Below, one piece after another: positions 13,801 through 25,500 of a stretch of DNA of 64,000 bases. Positions within the stretch are counted from its first letter, which is position 1. The number at the start of each line of letters is the position of its first letter. Source of the stretch: Stegostoma tigrinum (taxonomy: Eukaryota); contig NC_081385.1 in assembly GCF_030684315.1 (NCBI RefSeq), positions 11,725,080 to 11,789,079 on the forward strand, given 5' to 3'. The notes below the pieces were generated by a model. That model searched no databases. It had not been told where the DNA came from and saw only the letters and a list, made by a program, of their open reading frames with translations. Both the position numbers and the translations under genes were made by a program.

Positions 13801-14675
13801 CCATACCCATTATAACACACACACATAAGATCCTGAAAGTGGCACAAGATGTTGCTTATTGGTTTTCACCCCAAATGGTTCCGTGAGCTAGCAATATCAT
13901 GCGAGAGGAAGTAGAACATTGTATGCTGCTGGTGGTAGTCGTAATAATGACACAAGGGTAAGTCACTATAGTCCTATTAGGACTGCACTGTCATTAGAGA
14001 GGATTGACTGGTGGTGGTTTAACCAGAGGATCACGACACCTTGGGCAAGGGGAGAGGTTCACGCTAACCTCAGCCATTGCAGGAATTGAACCATGCCATT
14101 GGCATCACACTGCATTGCAAACCAGCTGTCCAGCCAACTGACCAAACTAACTTGAGATCCTGGCTTTTTTTATTCATTCATGCTATGCAGCATTTATTGC
14201 CCAATTGTTCAGAGGGCAGTTAAGAGTCAACCACATTGCTAGGGGTCTGGGATCACATGTAGGCCAGAACAGGTAAGGATGGCAGTCTCCTTCCTTAAAA
14301 GAACATTAGTGAACCAGATGGGTCTTTTAAAAGAATCGACAAAGGTTTCATGATCATCATTAAACTCTTAAATTCTAGATATTTATCCAATTCAAATTCT
14401 ACCACCTGCCATGGCGGGATTCAAACCCAGGTCTCCAGAACAATATCTGGGTCTCTAGATTAAGTGTCCAGTGATTATACCACTGGACCATCGCCTCCCC
14501 TGAATGGTACAAAAAATTAAAACTAACTCTACAGTGCATGTTTGAGGGAGTGCTGCACTGTTGGAAATGTTACCCTTCAGATGAGATGTTAAACCTCAAT
14601 GTCTACCTTTTTAGGTAGACATTAAGATAATCTTAAGGGACTATTTTGAAGAAAAGCAGGCAAGTTCTCCCTAGT

Positions 14676-15470
14676 GAGCAGTTTTGGGCCCATTATCGAA
14701 GGAAGGATATGCTGGCTTTTGGAGGGGACCAAGAAGAACACAGAACGTAGAACAGTACGGCACAGTACAGGCCCTTTGGCCCACGATGTTGTGCTGACCT
14801 ATTCTCCTACTCTAAGATCAAACTACCCAGCATTCCCTACATTTTACTATTATCTTAGATCTATTACCTTTGGTAATTGACTTGTCCCTAACAGTAATAC
14901 TATCCAAGAGTCGCTTAAACGTCTCTAATGTATCTGACTCTACTACCATCACATCTCACACACCCACCACTCTCCGGAGGAGACGTCCAGAAGAGGTTTG
15001 CAAGAATGATCCTGGGGATGAAGGGCTTGTCATATAAGGAGCAGCTGAATCTCTGGGTCTGCATTCAATGGAATTTAGAAGGACGAGGGGAGTTCTCATT
15101 GAAACTTACAGAATGCTCAGAGGCCTAGATAGAGTGGACATGAAGATGTTTCCACTAGTAAGAGAGACGAGGGCCAGATGGCACAGCGTCAAGTTGAAAG
15201 GACGACCCTTTAGAACTGAAACAAGGAGGAACTTCTTCAGCCAGAGGGTGGTAAATCGTTGGATCTCATTGCTGCTGAGGGCTGTGTAGGCGAAGGCACT
15301 GAGCATCTTCAAGATAGAGACTGACAGATTCTTGGTAAGAAAGGGGGTCAAGGGTTGTGGGGAGAAGGCGGGAGAATGGGGTTGACAAACCTATCAGGCA
15401 TGATTGAATGGCAGAGAAGAGTCTATAGGCCAAATGGCCGAATTCTGCTTCTATATCTTATGGTCTCTTA
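14676..15470 (+). mobile_element. CR1-type LINE fragment splitting a Deu-domain SINE, with a nested inverted CR1 tail
   Basis: ORF 15068-15289 LIETYRMLRGLDRVD...RRNFFSQRVVNRW. Confidence 0.8.
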
Positions 15471-18400
15471 CAGTGCCTTAGCTGACATTAACATCTGACA
15501 TCAAACAACATTACAATAACAAACTATGATCATTAACACATTGCTACTTGTGGGATCTTGCCGTGAGAAAATTGGCTGTCATGTTTTTACAGTGATTACA
15601 CTTCAAGAGCAGTTAATTGTCTATAAAATGCTTTGAAGCAACCTCAGGGTGTGAAAGGAGCTATATAAATGCATCTTTCTTTTAATAAAAGAGAGTGTAT
15701 CTTGACAGCTCCAACACAAAAATCACATGATGTTAACTGCCCAGTCAGGCCTAAACTAGGTGAGTTTCACCAAGGCAGATATCAAGCTGGTCTTCATGAG
15801 TAATTACAATTCCTGAATCACTCAGCAGAAATCCCTGCAAAGAGTGTGCTTGGAAAGTGAATGAGTAAAGGATCAGATTCAACTGTGATACCCACTGTCA
15901 AGGCTGACATAATGAATCATGTTCATCTTAGCAAGGTTCTGAGATTGGTGCTGCTTGTAAAACCATATTCCCTGTAGAAGGGTTAACCCCAGTAGGAAAG
16001 AAAATTGGCAAGATAAAAAAAAGCAAACCATTCCTCCTAAATCTCTATTACGGGCATTCATCCAATTAGATTTTTAAAAAGCCTTTATTTTTAAAAGCCA
16101 AGTAACCAAGGTCTGCTAAAGATAAAACCTTCAGTTGAGAGCTTTCAACTAAGCAAATCTAAATGAATACATGTTATGCATTAATTTCCATTTTATACAT
16201 CCACAATCAATTACAAACAGCATTATAACTGCAATCAAAACATGGAGAACATAGAAGGTTGAGACTGGATGTTAAGTACTTTCCAAAATAACATTTTTCA
16301 ACATTTCTTCAGTTGATTTGTAAACAAGGGTTAGATCTCCAGATGCTTCTTATTCAGGTTTCGGACATAAAATCAAAAGGACAGTGATTCAATTGATTTA
16401 TCTGTGATTCATCAATTATCATATTGATGGGCAAATTACTACTTCTTGATCTGGGGGACATGGTTTTCTATGTTTTGCTGAACATAGAACATAGAACAAT
16501 GCAATGCAGAACAAGCCCTTCAGCCCTCGATGTTGCGCCGACCTGTGAACCAATCTAAACCCATCCTCCTACACTGCCCCATCATCATCCATATGCTTAT
16601 CCAAAGACTGTTTAAATGCCCCTAATGTGGCTGAGTTAACTACATTGTCAGGCAGGGCATTCATCACACCCGATTGGGCTGAATGAACTGTTTCTGTGCT
16701 GTATGTTCATAATAAAGCTGCTCACCAGGCAAGCATCTCTGTTAAAAGTGTATGCAGAGATATCAGATTAATTTTGGATGGCATGTCAAAAAATACTCCT
16801 GACTGAAGGAGTAATGTAAGGAATGATAATCCCACATGGACCACAGGCATCTCTCTCCATTAAAGAGAAACAATTGGTTATTAATACTTTTAGAGTATCC
16901 ATTCCTTTAATGTGAGGTAAGGTAAGGAGGCAGGGCCTGAATGAGCTACCACAGCCATTACAGGGAATTAAACCACGTTGACTTTATCATGAACTACAAC
17001 TCTGGCTATTCGGCCAATTCAGCTAACTGCCCCTCAGCGAAATAATTAGGGGGTCACCAGTGCTTCTGCACCCAAGCCCGGGTTGGTATCCTCTGCTCTC
17101 AGGTCATGAAAATATACCAAGGAAAACTTTCATCATCCAGTGATGCACAAGACAGGAAAGAAAACAAGAGTTGGCTCTGCTTCTGTAACTTGCATCTCTT
17201 TTGCACAGGTTACAAGCCTGTCCCCAAAGAGAGGATAAACACAATGCCACTTCAAGCATGAATCAGCTGGAGGACATTCCCACTCGCACAGCCTGCTGTC
17301 AAGACTTGCAGGTTACCAATCAACCTTCCTGGTCATCTGGTTATGAACTCACCTTCCCTGACTATCAAGTCCTGGAGTGGGACTCAAATGTGGTACTTCT
17401 AGCTCAGAAGCAGAGACATTACTGACTCTGTCCCCATGGCCACCCAAGACTCAGACCTTGCAAAAATCTAGCTTTTCTTTTATCCCTCACAAAATGCACA
17501 TAGCCAAAGAAATGTTTTTGAAGTACAATCACTATTGTAAATGAGGCAAAACCAATAGGCAGCTGGGGTTACAACCCCCAACAAACTGCAATGAGATCAA
17601 TGACCACATCGTCTGGTTTATTGGTACCGGTTGTGAAAATTGAGCAAAACTACTCTGCGTTATTTTTGCAAAAAGTCGATATCTTTTACATTAAAAATGA
17701 CTCTGGGTCAGGGAACATCTGTGAAGAGAAGCAGAGTTACCATTTCAGTTGAGTAGCCCACCATCTGTCTAAACTGCTGAGCTTTCCCAGCCGTTTTTTT
17801 TTGGTCTTTACTTCAGGTTTCCAGCAGCTGTAGTATTTTGCTCATGGAAATCATTTACTTTCTGGGTGTAACACCTCATCCAAAAACGACAGCGTAGCAT
17901 GTACTCAGTACTGCATTGGAGTGAAAGCCCAGATAAGGTACTCAAGATCTGCAGGGAGGCTTAAACCTACAACCTTCTGTCTCAGAAATAACCGTGTTCC
18001 AGTGTGGAAGGCTTAGAACAAGATAGTGAATGACTCTGATTGTGAATTACTACTTAGCTTTATTCTGATGGAACTGTCACTAGGATGAGGTAATAGTTTA
18101 TTTGCATTTATGTCCACTCGCAAGCAGGAATGATCATACGAGTAGGAAATCACGTGCAGCAATGAAATTTAGGAAAAGTTACAAGTGTTAAGCCACTTGC
18201 CCCAGCCTGGGATGGTTCACTTCATTCAAAAAGGAATGAAATTCTCAAGGATTGGGAGTATATGCATCAAAACAGTGCGAGGAAAATATCTGACATTTTA
18301 TTTTGTGTCCAATCTGACCAGTTTGGCACAACAGCACCCCATGTTCCTGGTGAGTGGCCTGGCTCAGAAGTTCCAAATGGAAAAAGACTAGGCCTCCATA

Positions 18401-19029
18401 CAAATAACAATGCAACGTGCTGAGCTGGAAAAAAAAACATGATATGGCAAGAATATAAATGAAGGAGTTTTTTGAGCCTCCTGGCTGACAGTTTCTAGGG
18501 GCAGGAATAGGATGTAACTATCCAACAAACAATATTCACCCTTGTTCAATTCCAAGCAGCGAACAAAGCCCTTCAACTTTACCAACCCAGTACATGAGTG
18601 CAGACCAAAGCTTCTTCCCCAGTGCGGGGCAAAGATGGTGCTGCATTGTCAGAGGTGCCATTTTTCAAGAGAGGCATTACACCGAGGCCCTCTCAGGTAA
18701 AAAAAAATCCAATGACATCATTTCAAAGAAGAGCAGCGAAGTGTTCCCATCTGTGTTCATCCAGCTCTACACCTTGTTATTCCAGTCAATGCTGCTCACT
18801 TAATCAACATCACAAAAACAGATGATTTGGTCATTCTCCAATTGCTGTTTAGCGGGGAACTTGCTGAGCTCAACTCGTCCACACCATTTGGCACAATACT
18901 CAAGCAACTAGGCTTCAAAAGTACTTCACACGCTGCAAAGCTCTTAAATGTGACTGGTGTTTCATGAAAGGCACCACGCAAATGCAACTGTTTCTTTTGG
19001 CCGCATTTTCACAGCTCATGACAGGCGGT

Positions 19030-19900
19030 GCTGGAGGCAGAGTTCCAGCGATGGAAGGTCATGCCCCCAAACCAATCCCCACACATGCAAACTGAAACCG
19101 AGGTGCTTTAAAGACAAAACACTCACAGAGAAGATATCCCTGGAAATTCAAACTGCATCCAGGCAGAACTCTTTCCGTTCCGCCTCTCTCCCAAACTCCA
19201 CCTGAATCCGGCCAGATCAGTCCATCTACGCCCCCCGCCCCTCCAAAATAAATAGAAAGCCCCGAATGGCTTTCGAATGGGAAGAGGGCTGAACAAAATT
19301 GCTACACTTAATACTGGGCTTAAGTTTTTTTTGAAAGGAGGGGGTGAGTGGAATTAAGACAGAAATATCTGCCAAAATTGCAACTGCTAGGTCAGTTAGA
19401 AAATGAAAAGGAAGAGACAAGTGAGGGGAAAGGTGTGAGTCGATATGGGCTATCTTTCACACGCTGAGAGAAACGAGGTCATTTTTTCCCCCAGCTCGCT
19501 ACAATGTAACCCGCGCGCAGTTTGATACATCACGGCGCTTTGAAACTGAAGCATGCTGCCGGTTCTCCTCACCATATGTCGCTGCGATTTCACCCACGGA
19601 TATCTGTGTCTCTCCTCTCCTTCCAACTAGAAAAACCCACACATGTACACACACATACACAACAGAACTAAAGCTATCGCGAGCGTTCAGACGGGGAAAA
19701 TAATTAAAAGGGGCATTGCACCTTCTGTTGATTCAGAAGTCCAAACGTGCAAGCTTTGGCATGTTTTCTCAAGAAACGATCTATATTCTTTTGCGCGACG
19801 CTTTTATTTCAAATTTAGCCCTCGGATTTAATTACTGTCTACGGACTGAAATTACACAGCCATTTGTCAATCCTGGTTTGCTTCTCTTGTGAAAGCCCAC
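19030..19900 (-). promoter_or_regulatory. CpG-rich promoter / first-exon region of an unidentified, probably minus-strand gene
   Basis: Non-repetitive, with local CpG excess, GC boxes at ~19229-19243, and minus-strand donors GTGAGT (19121-19126) and ATG|GTGAGG (19568-19572). Confidence 0.4.
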
Positions 19901-20394
19901 GTCCTCTCAAAGTATGATGAAAGGGGAAAGGTTGGGTTTTGCTTCCAGGTCAGCTAACAGGCAAAGAGTAAATATGGTATTCCTTTGGAAGATGAGATTT
20001 AGCATCATTGAATTCCCATCAGGTGACTTCTACTTTTCTTGGTCGTTGGATGTGGTCGCCATTGGCAAGGCTAGCATCGTAGCCCATCCCTGATTGCCCT
20101 TCGTATTTCAGAGGAGTTAAGAGCTGACGACATTGCTGAGGGTCTACAGTCACCTGTAGGCCAGACTAGGTAAAGATGATACAATTTAAAATTTACAGAA
20201 CAGTAAAAGGCCATTCGACCCGTCTGATTTCCCTCCCTGAAAGGACGTTAGCAAATCAGAATGGATTAATTCAACAATTCAGGATTGTTGTCATAGCCAC
20301 CATCGCTGAGACTAGGTTTCAATTCTAGGTTTATTAACAATTCAGATTCCACCATCTGCAGTGGGATTTGAATCCATGTCTCTCATAGCAATAG

Positions 20395-20613
20395 AGATAA
20401 TTGGAACTGCAGATGCTGGAGAATCCAAGATGACAAAGTGTGGAGCTGAATGAACACAGCAGGCAAAGCAGCACCTCAGGAGCACAAAAGCTGACATTTT
20501 GGGCCTAGACCCTTCATCAGAGAGCTAATGAAGGGTCTAGGCCCAAAACGTCAGCTTTTGTGCTCCTAGGATGCTGCTTGGCCTGCTGTGTTCATCCAGC
20601 TTCACACTTTGCC
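20395..20613. repeat. Hairpin (inverted pLTR pair) Penelope remnant with 15-bp TSD
   Basis: Arms ~20433-20520 and ~20526-20611 are complementary; TSD ctctcatag(c/t)aatag at 20380-20394 and 20614-20628. Confidence 0.8.
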
Positions 20614-21294
20614 CTCTCATAGTAATAGCCTGGGTGTATGGAGGATGTTTGATGGCAGTGATGCCCTCTCTGGCCCACCCTGAAGAAGTTCTGATCTTCA
20701 CTCTGACGAGCATTGTGTGTGTCTGGATTACTAGACTCTCTGAACGTGGATGAACTTTCTGTTTGACAAGTTAGAAGATGTGAAAATAACAAGGTGTAGA
20801 GCTGAATGAACACAGCAGGCCAAGCAGCGTCTTAGGAGCAGGAAAGCTGACATTTTGGGCCTAGACCCGATTCTGCAGCCTGTGCAGTTCCTATTATCCC
20901 TGATACAAGTTAGAAGATGTGTCACTTTCTTCTCCATGCTGCTTACATTGAGTAGACTAAGCGATTCCAGGGGGTGCCCTTACTTAACTGGGACTGATTG
21001 GATAGCTCTTCCAAAGGACTAGCATAAACCCAATGGGTTGAATTGTCTTCTTCAATGCTTTAAGGTAAAAAGATTCTATGTCAGTGTGCTCTCTTACCAA
21101 ACCTGCACCAATACATGATTCCTTTTGTCTCTGTGGTCTGTATCCCTCTATTCTCTACTTATTCACGTATCTGTTGAGATGCCTCTTTAACCTCGACATT
21201 GTTTCTTTCTATTTCTAGCCATGCATCCCAGGTACTTAACCATTTTCTGTGTAAAATTGGCTGTTAATTTTCATGTTGTAGCACAGAAAAATCA

Positions 21295-22210
21295 AGGCTG
21301 ATGCAATACTGAGGGAGTCTTACATTTTGGAAGTGCCATCAAGGTGAGAAGTTATTCTGAGGCCTGGTCTTCCCTCTCCAGTGGATGCAAAATATCCTAT
21401 GTCACTACCTGGAAGAAGAGCAGGGGAGTGAGTACCCTCAATGTTCTGGCCCATATTTATCCCTAAATTAACTTGTGAAAACAGGTAATGCAATGATCAC
21501 ATTGCAGTTTGTGGGAGCTGGCTGTGGTCAAATTGGCTGCTGTGCTTCCCAGCTTACAGCGGGCATCACACTTCAAACGGTAAAAACCGAAGGAACTCGA
21601 GATGCTGGAAATCAGAAACAAAAACAGAAATTGCTGGGTCTGGCAGCATCTGTGGGGAGAAATCAGAATTCACATTTCAGTTTGAGCGATCTTTCCTCAG
21701 AACTGATGGTAGCTAGGAAAATGTCGGTTTACATGCAGAAGATGGGATGGGGCTGGAAGATGGTAAAGAGTATACGATAGTTGGGGATGGAGCCCAAAGT
21801 CAGAAAAGAATTGTTGGACAAGTGAGTGGATAACAATCTGGCATAACAAGTGGCAAGGAGGGTGAACAACTATTAATGGGGACTGCTAATGGCTAACAAT
21901 GGGTTGTGTGCAATAGCAGAATATATCATAACAAGAGATAACAAAGTGTGGGGCTGGATGAACACAGCAGGCCAAGCAGCATCTTAGGAGCACCCGAAGG
22001 GTCTAGGCCCCAAACGTCATCTTTTATGCTCCTAAGATGCTGCTTGGCCTGCTGTGTTCATCCAGCCCCACACTTTGTTATCTCGGATTCTCCAGCATCT
22101 GCAGCTCCAATTATCTCTATATGATGACAAGGCCTGGTGTGTGGGAATTCACTTCAGGAAGTGCTTCCCTATGTGTAAAGCCCTCCAGGAGGTGCTATAG
22201 AAATGTAACC
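21295..22210 (+). mobile_element. Deu-domain SINE interrupted by nested Penelope pLTR fragments; its tail abuts the CENATAC promoter
   Basis: 5' part tactgagggagt...attgcagtttgtgggagctggctgt...cacacttca (to ~21576); tail cacttcaggaagtgcttc...ggtgctatagaaatgtaa (22150-22209). Confidence 0.6.
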
Positions 22211-22354
22211 GTTGATCTGGTCCTCTTGGGTAGGTGGCGCTCTGCGCGGGAGTAAGGGGTGGAGTCCATCACTTGGGGCATCTGTACCCCTTTCCCCCCC
22301 GCCGAAGGAGGTGGCTGACAGGAGGATGATGAGTGAGTGACTGGGACCTCCTGA

Positions 22355-22504
22355 ATGGGGAAGAAGCAGAGGAAAGCGGCGCGGTCGGAGGCCGCCTTTT
22401 ATTGCGAGGTTTGCCGGCAGACCTCGTTCAGGGGCTGGGGGCATGTGTACGGCCTGAAGCACCAGGAGAGGCTCGGGGTCTTGCTGGGCCGCTTCCTGCG
22501 CAAG
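22355..22504 (+). CDS. CENATAC: CENATAC exon 1 (first zinc finger)
   Basis: [50 protein letters not shown], donor AAG|gtaaga, CpG-rich context. Confidence 0.93.
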
Positions 22505-25500
22505 GTAAGAGGAGCTAGAGCCCTCCTGGAGGACGAGGCTGAGCCTGAAAGGCCAGGCCCTTTGGGGGATGCTGGAGGCCGGGCCTCACCTCCCGGTTTG
22601 GGAGGGAGAATGGTTTTATTTAAAAGGTGCTACGTCTACACGAATAAATATGTGGCAGAAAGATGGGTAGGGGGTGGGACGTGGGAAAGATTGTGTTCAG
22701 CACCTGGGCTTTGACCCGCTCTGTCTTTACAACCGACTAAATGCTGCAGGTAATCAGCTCAAAAACAAAATTAAAACAAGGAACTGCAGATGCTGGAAAC
22801 TCGAAACAGAAATTGTTGGGGAATCTCAGTAGGTGTGGTAGCATGTATAGTGAGAAAACAGGGTTTTTAAAAAAAAAATTAACCATTCTAATTAACCTGT
22901 TAGATTCATAGAGATGTACAGCACGGAAATGGATTCTTTGGTCCAACTCGTCCGTACTGACTAGATATACTAAATTAATCCAATCCCATTTTCAGAGATG
23001 TTACGTACCTCGGGACTAAGTGGGACTTCAACCCGAGACGCTCAGTCCAGGGGTAGAGACATTAGCACTGTGCCACAAGAGGGTCCAGAAAGCAGGCTTA
23101 ACGTTTTGAGGCGGGTGACCTTTCAAAAGAATGCCTCTTTTAAAAAAAAAGTATCAACTACCTCTCACCTACCCTCATATAAAAAAGTGCTATCCCATAC
23201 TCTCCATTCCTCCACTTTTGCAGCAGCTGCTCCCAGGATAAGGTGTTTTACTCCAAGATGTCTCAGCTATCCTCCTACTTTAGGGCTTGGAAGTGCCCTC
23301 CTCTAGTTAAGTATGTGCTCAACTGTATCTCTTCCATTTTTCTCACTTCTGCCCCCCTGCCCCCAAATAACTGTAAAGATAGAGTCCCCCTTAGTCCTCA
23401 CCTACCACTCCAACTTCTGAATCCCACACATCATCCTCCAAGATTTCCACCACCTGCAGACAGACATCACCACCAAAAAGATATTTCCTCCCCCACCCCT
23501 GTCCACTTTCCACAGGGACCGTTCATTCAGTGACTCCCTTGTCAGCTCAACACTCCCCTCCAACTTCACCACCATACCTGGTACGTTTCCTTGCAGTTGC
23601 CAGAGGTGCAACACCTGCCCCTCACCTCTGTCCAAGGCCCAAAACACTCCTTCCGAATCCAGCAGAGGTTCACCTGCATATTGCCCAACCTGATCTATTG
23701 TATCTGTTGCTCCCCATGTGGCCCCCTCTATATTGGGAAGACCAAACGCAAACTTGGGACTGGTTTGCAGTGCATCTACACACACCAACCAACCTGAGCT
23801 TCCGGTTGTCATCAATTTTAATTGCCCCTCCTATTCCGCTGGTGACATGTTCAAGTGAGGCCAAACATAAATTGGAGGAACTCCTCTTCCTCCCTCACCT
23901 AACCAGTCCATCTTTCTGCTCACCTAGCTGCTCCTGCTACTGACCAATCGCAATAACCCACTACCTGCATCCACCGATCATTGTCCCACCTCTTTTCGCA
24001 ACCCCACCCCTTCCCTCCTATTTACTTCTGGGCTCCCCACTCCTGACGATTGGTTTCAGCCCGAAACATTAACTTCCTACTCGTTAGATACTGTCTGACT
24101 TGCTGTGTTTTTCAGCTTCACATTTATTGACTCCGGCTTCCAGCATCTGCAGTCCTTACTGTCTCCACGATATCATATTATGTAATTTATTTATTAATGT
24201 GTTTTTATTTATTATCTACCACTTCTAATTTACAATTCACCGAGGAAGATGTTGCTGATTCTGCATATCATTCTGTGGTACATTGAAATTACAGGTGGGG
24301 TGGTGACTTCTCAGAGGATTGGAAACTCACCAGGTTGTTATCCAAAAACAAAACTGTTAGGAAGTTAATACCATGCATGAGTTTCTCAAAATGTTGCCTC
24401 ACAGCTCATGTTTTGAATTTGTCAAAGACAAATTTGATTTTCTTTTGATTTCTACTGTGACTCCTACCAAGCCCCACTCTCTCTGCTTGGTGAAATGGTT
24501 GCCATAAGCCTAGATTGTCTGCCACTATTTGTGACTGTCTGCTATTCTACATAGATTCGCATTAATGGATATGCAGCTCAGCTTGCAACGTATGGAGTGA
24601 TATAGTATTTATCATCCCACTAGATTTTAGTTTTCTTGCTGATAAGGGTGAGAATCACTCAAGTCATTTTTATCTTCCACTTGAAACTGATCCGTTCTAT
24701 TTATTTTAACCTCTAGTTATGTTACCTGATTTCCATCATCTTATCCCCTATCTTAACTGAAGTTGTTGACCTCTTCCTGGTGTCATTTGTTGAAGGTGTT
24801 TGTCCTCTTGTATCTCACTACAGTGGCCATAATTGATTCATTTAAGCTTCTATTAACTTTGGGACTACAACGGGCATTACATTTGAACTCAGCCTTTTCC
24901 TTACAAAGCACACGTGTAATTGAAGCAAACAGAGCTAAATGATTATTGGGAGCGTGTATCCTGATTACTTTTCTTCCTGTCATCCAGAGGCACCGAGGTT
25001 AGTTACCATTTCCCTGTTGTCACCTCAGCACAGACTAAAGAATGATGTTTGGGTCGCCCTCCTCTCTAGTTCAGCAATTGATGGTATAAGCCTAGCAAGC
25101 CATGGCAATAAATTTTTGACTTGTACAGTGACTGATGCTTAGGGTCTCCATCTCATACGCCTTTACCAGAGTCTCTGAAGCAGCCTTCTGACGTAAGGTA
25201 ATTCTGCAACTTGACTAATGTTTCAGCATGCATGCCCATGTCATGTTTTTAAAAGGAATTGGAAAAGGAGGGTCACTAACGTTGAATCCTATTGCGACTA
25301 TCCTTACTGCTGCTAAAAGAACAATTGTAGCTTGTTCAACAGTATCTTTAAGAATTTGAATACTGTTGTGCAAGCAATTGAAGTCAGACACAAGTGCTCT
25401 GCTGTTTATTTTAAATGCACTGTGTTCTGTTTACAATGTTCTTTTGAAAAAAAGTAGCTCCCAGTTGTTTTTTCAGTTCTTGTTGTAACAGGACTCTGGA

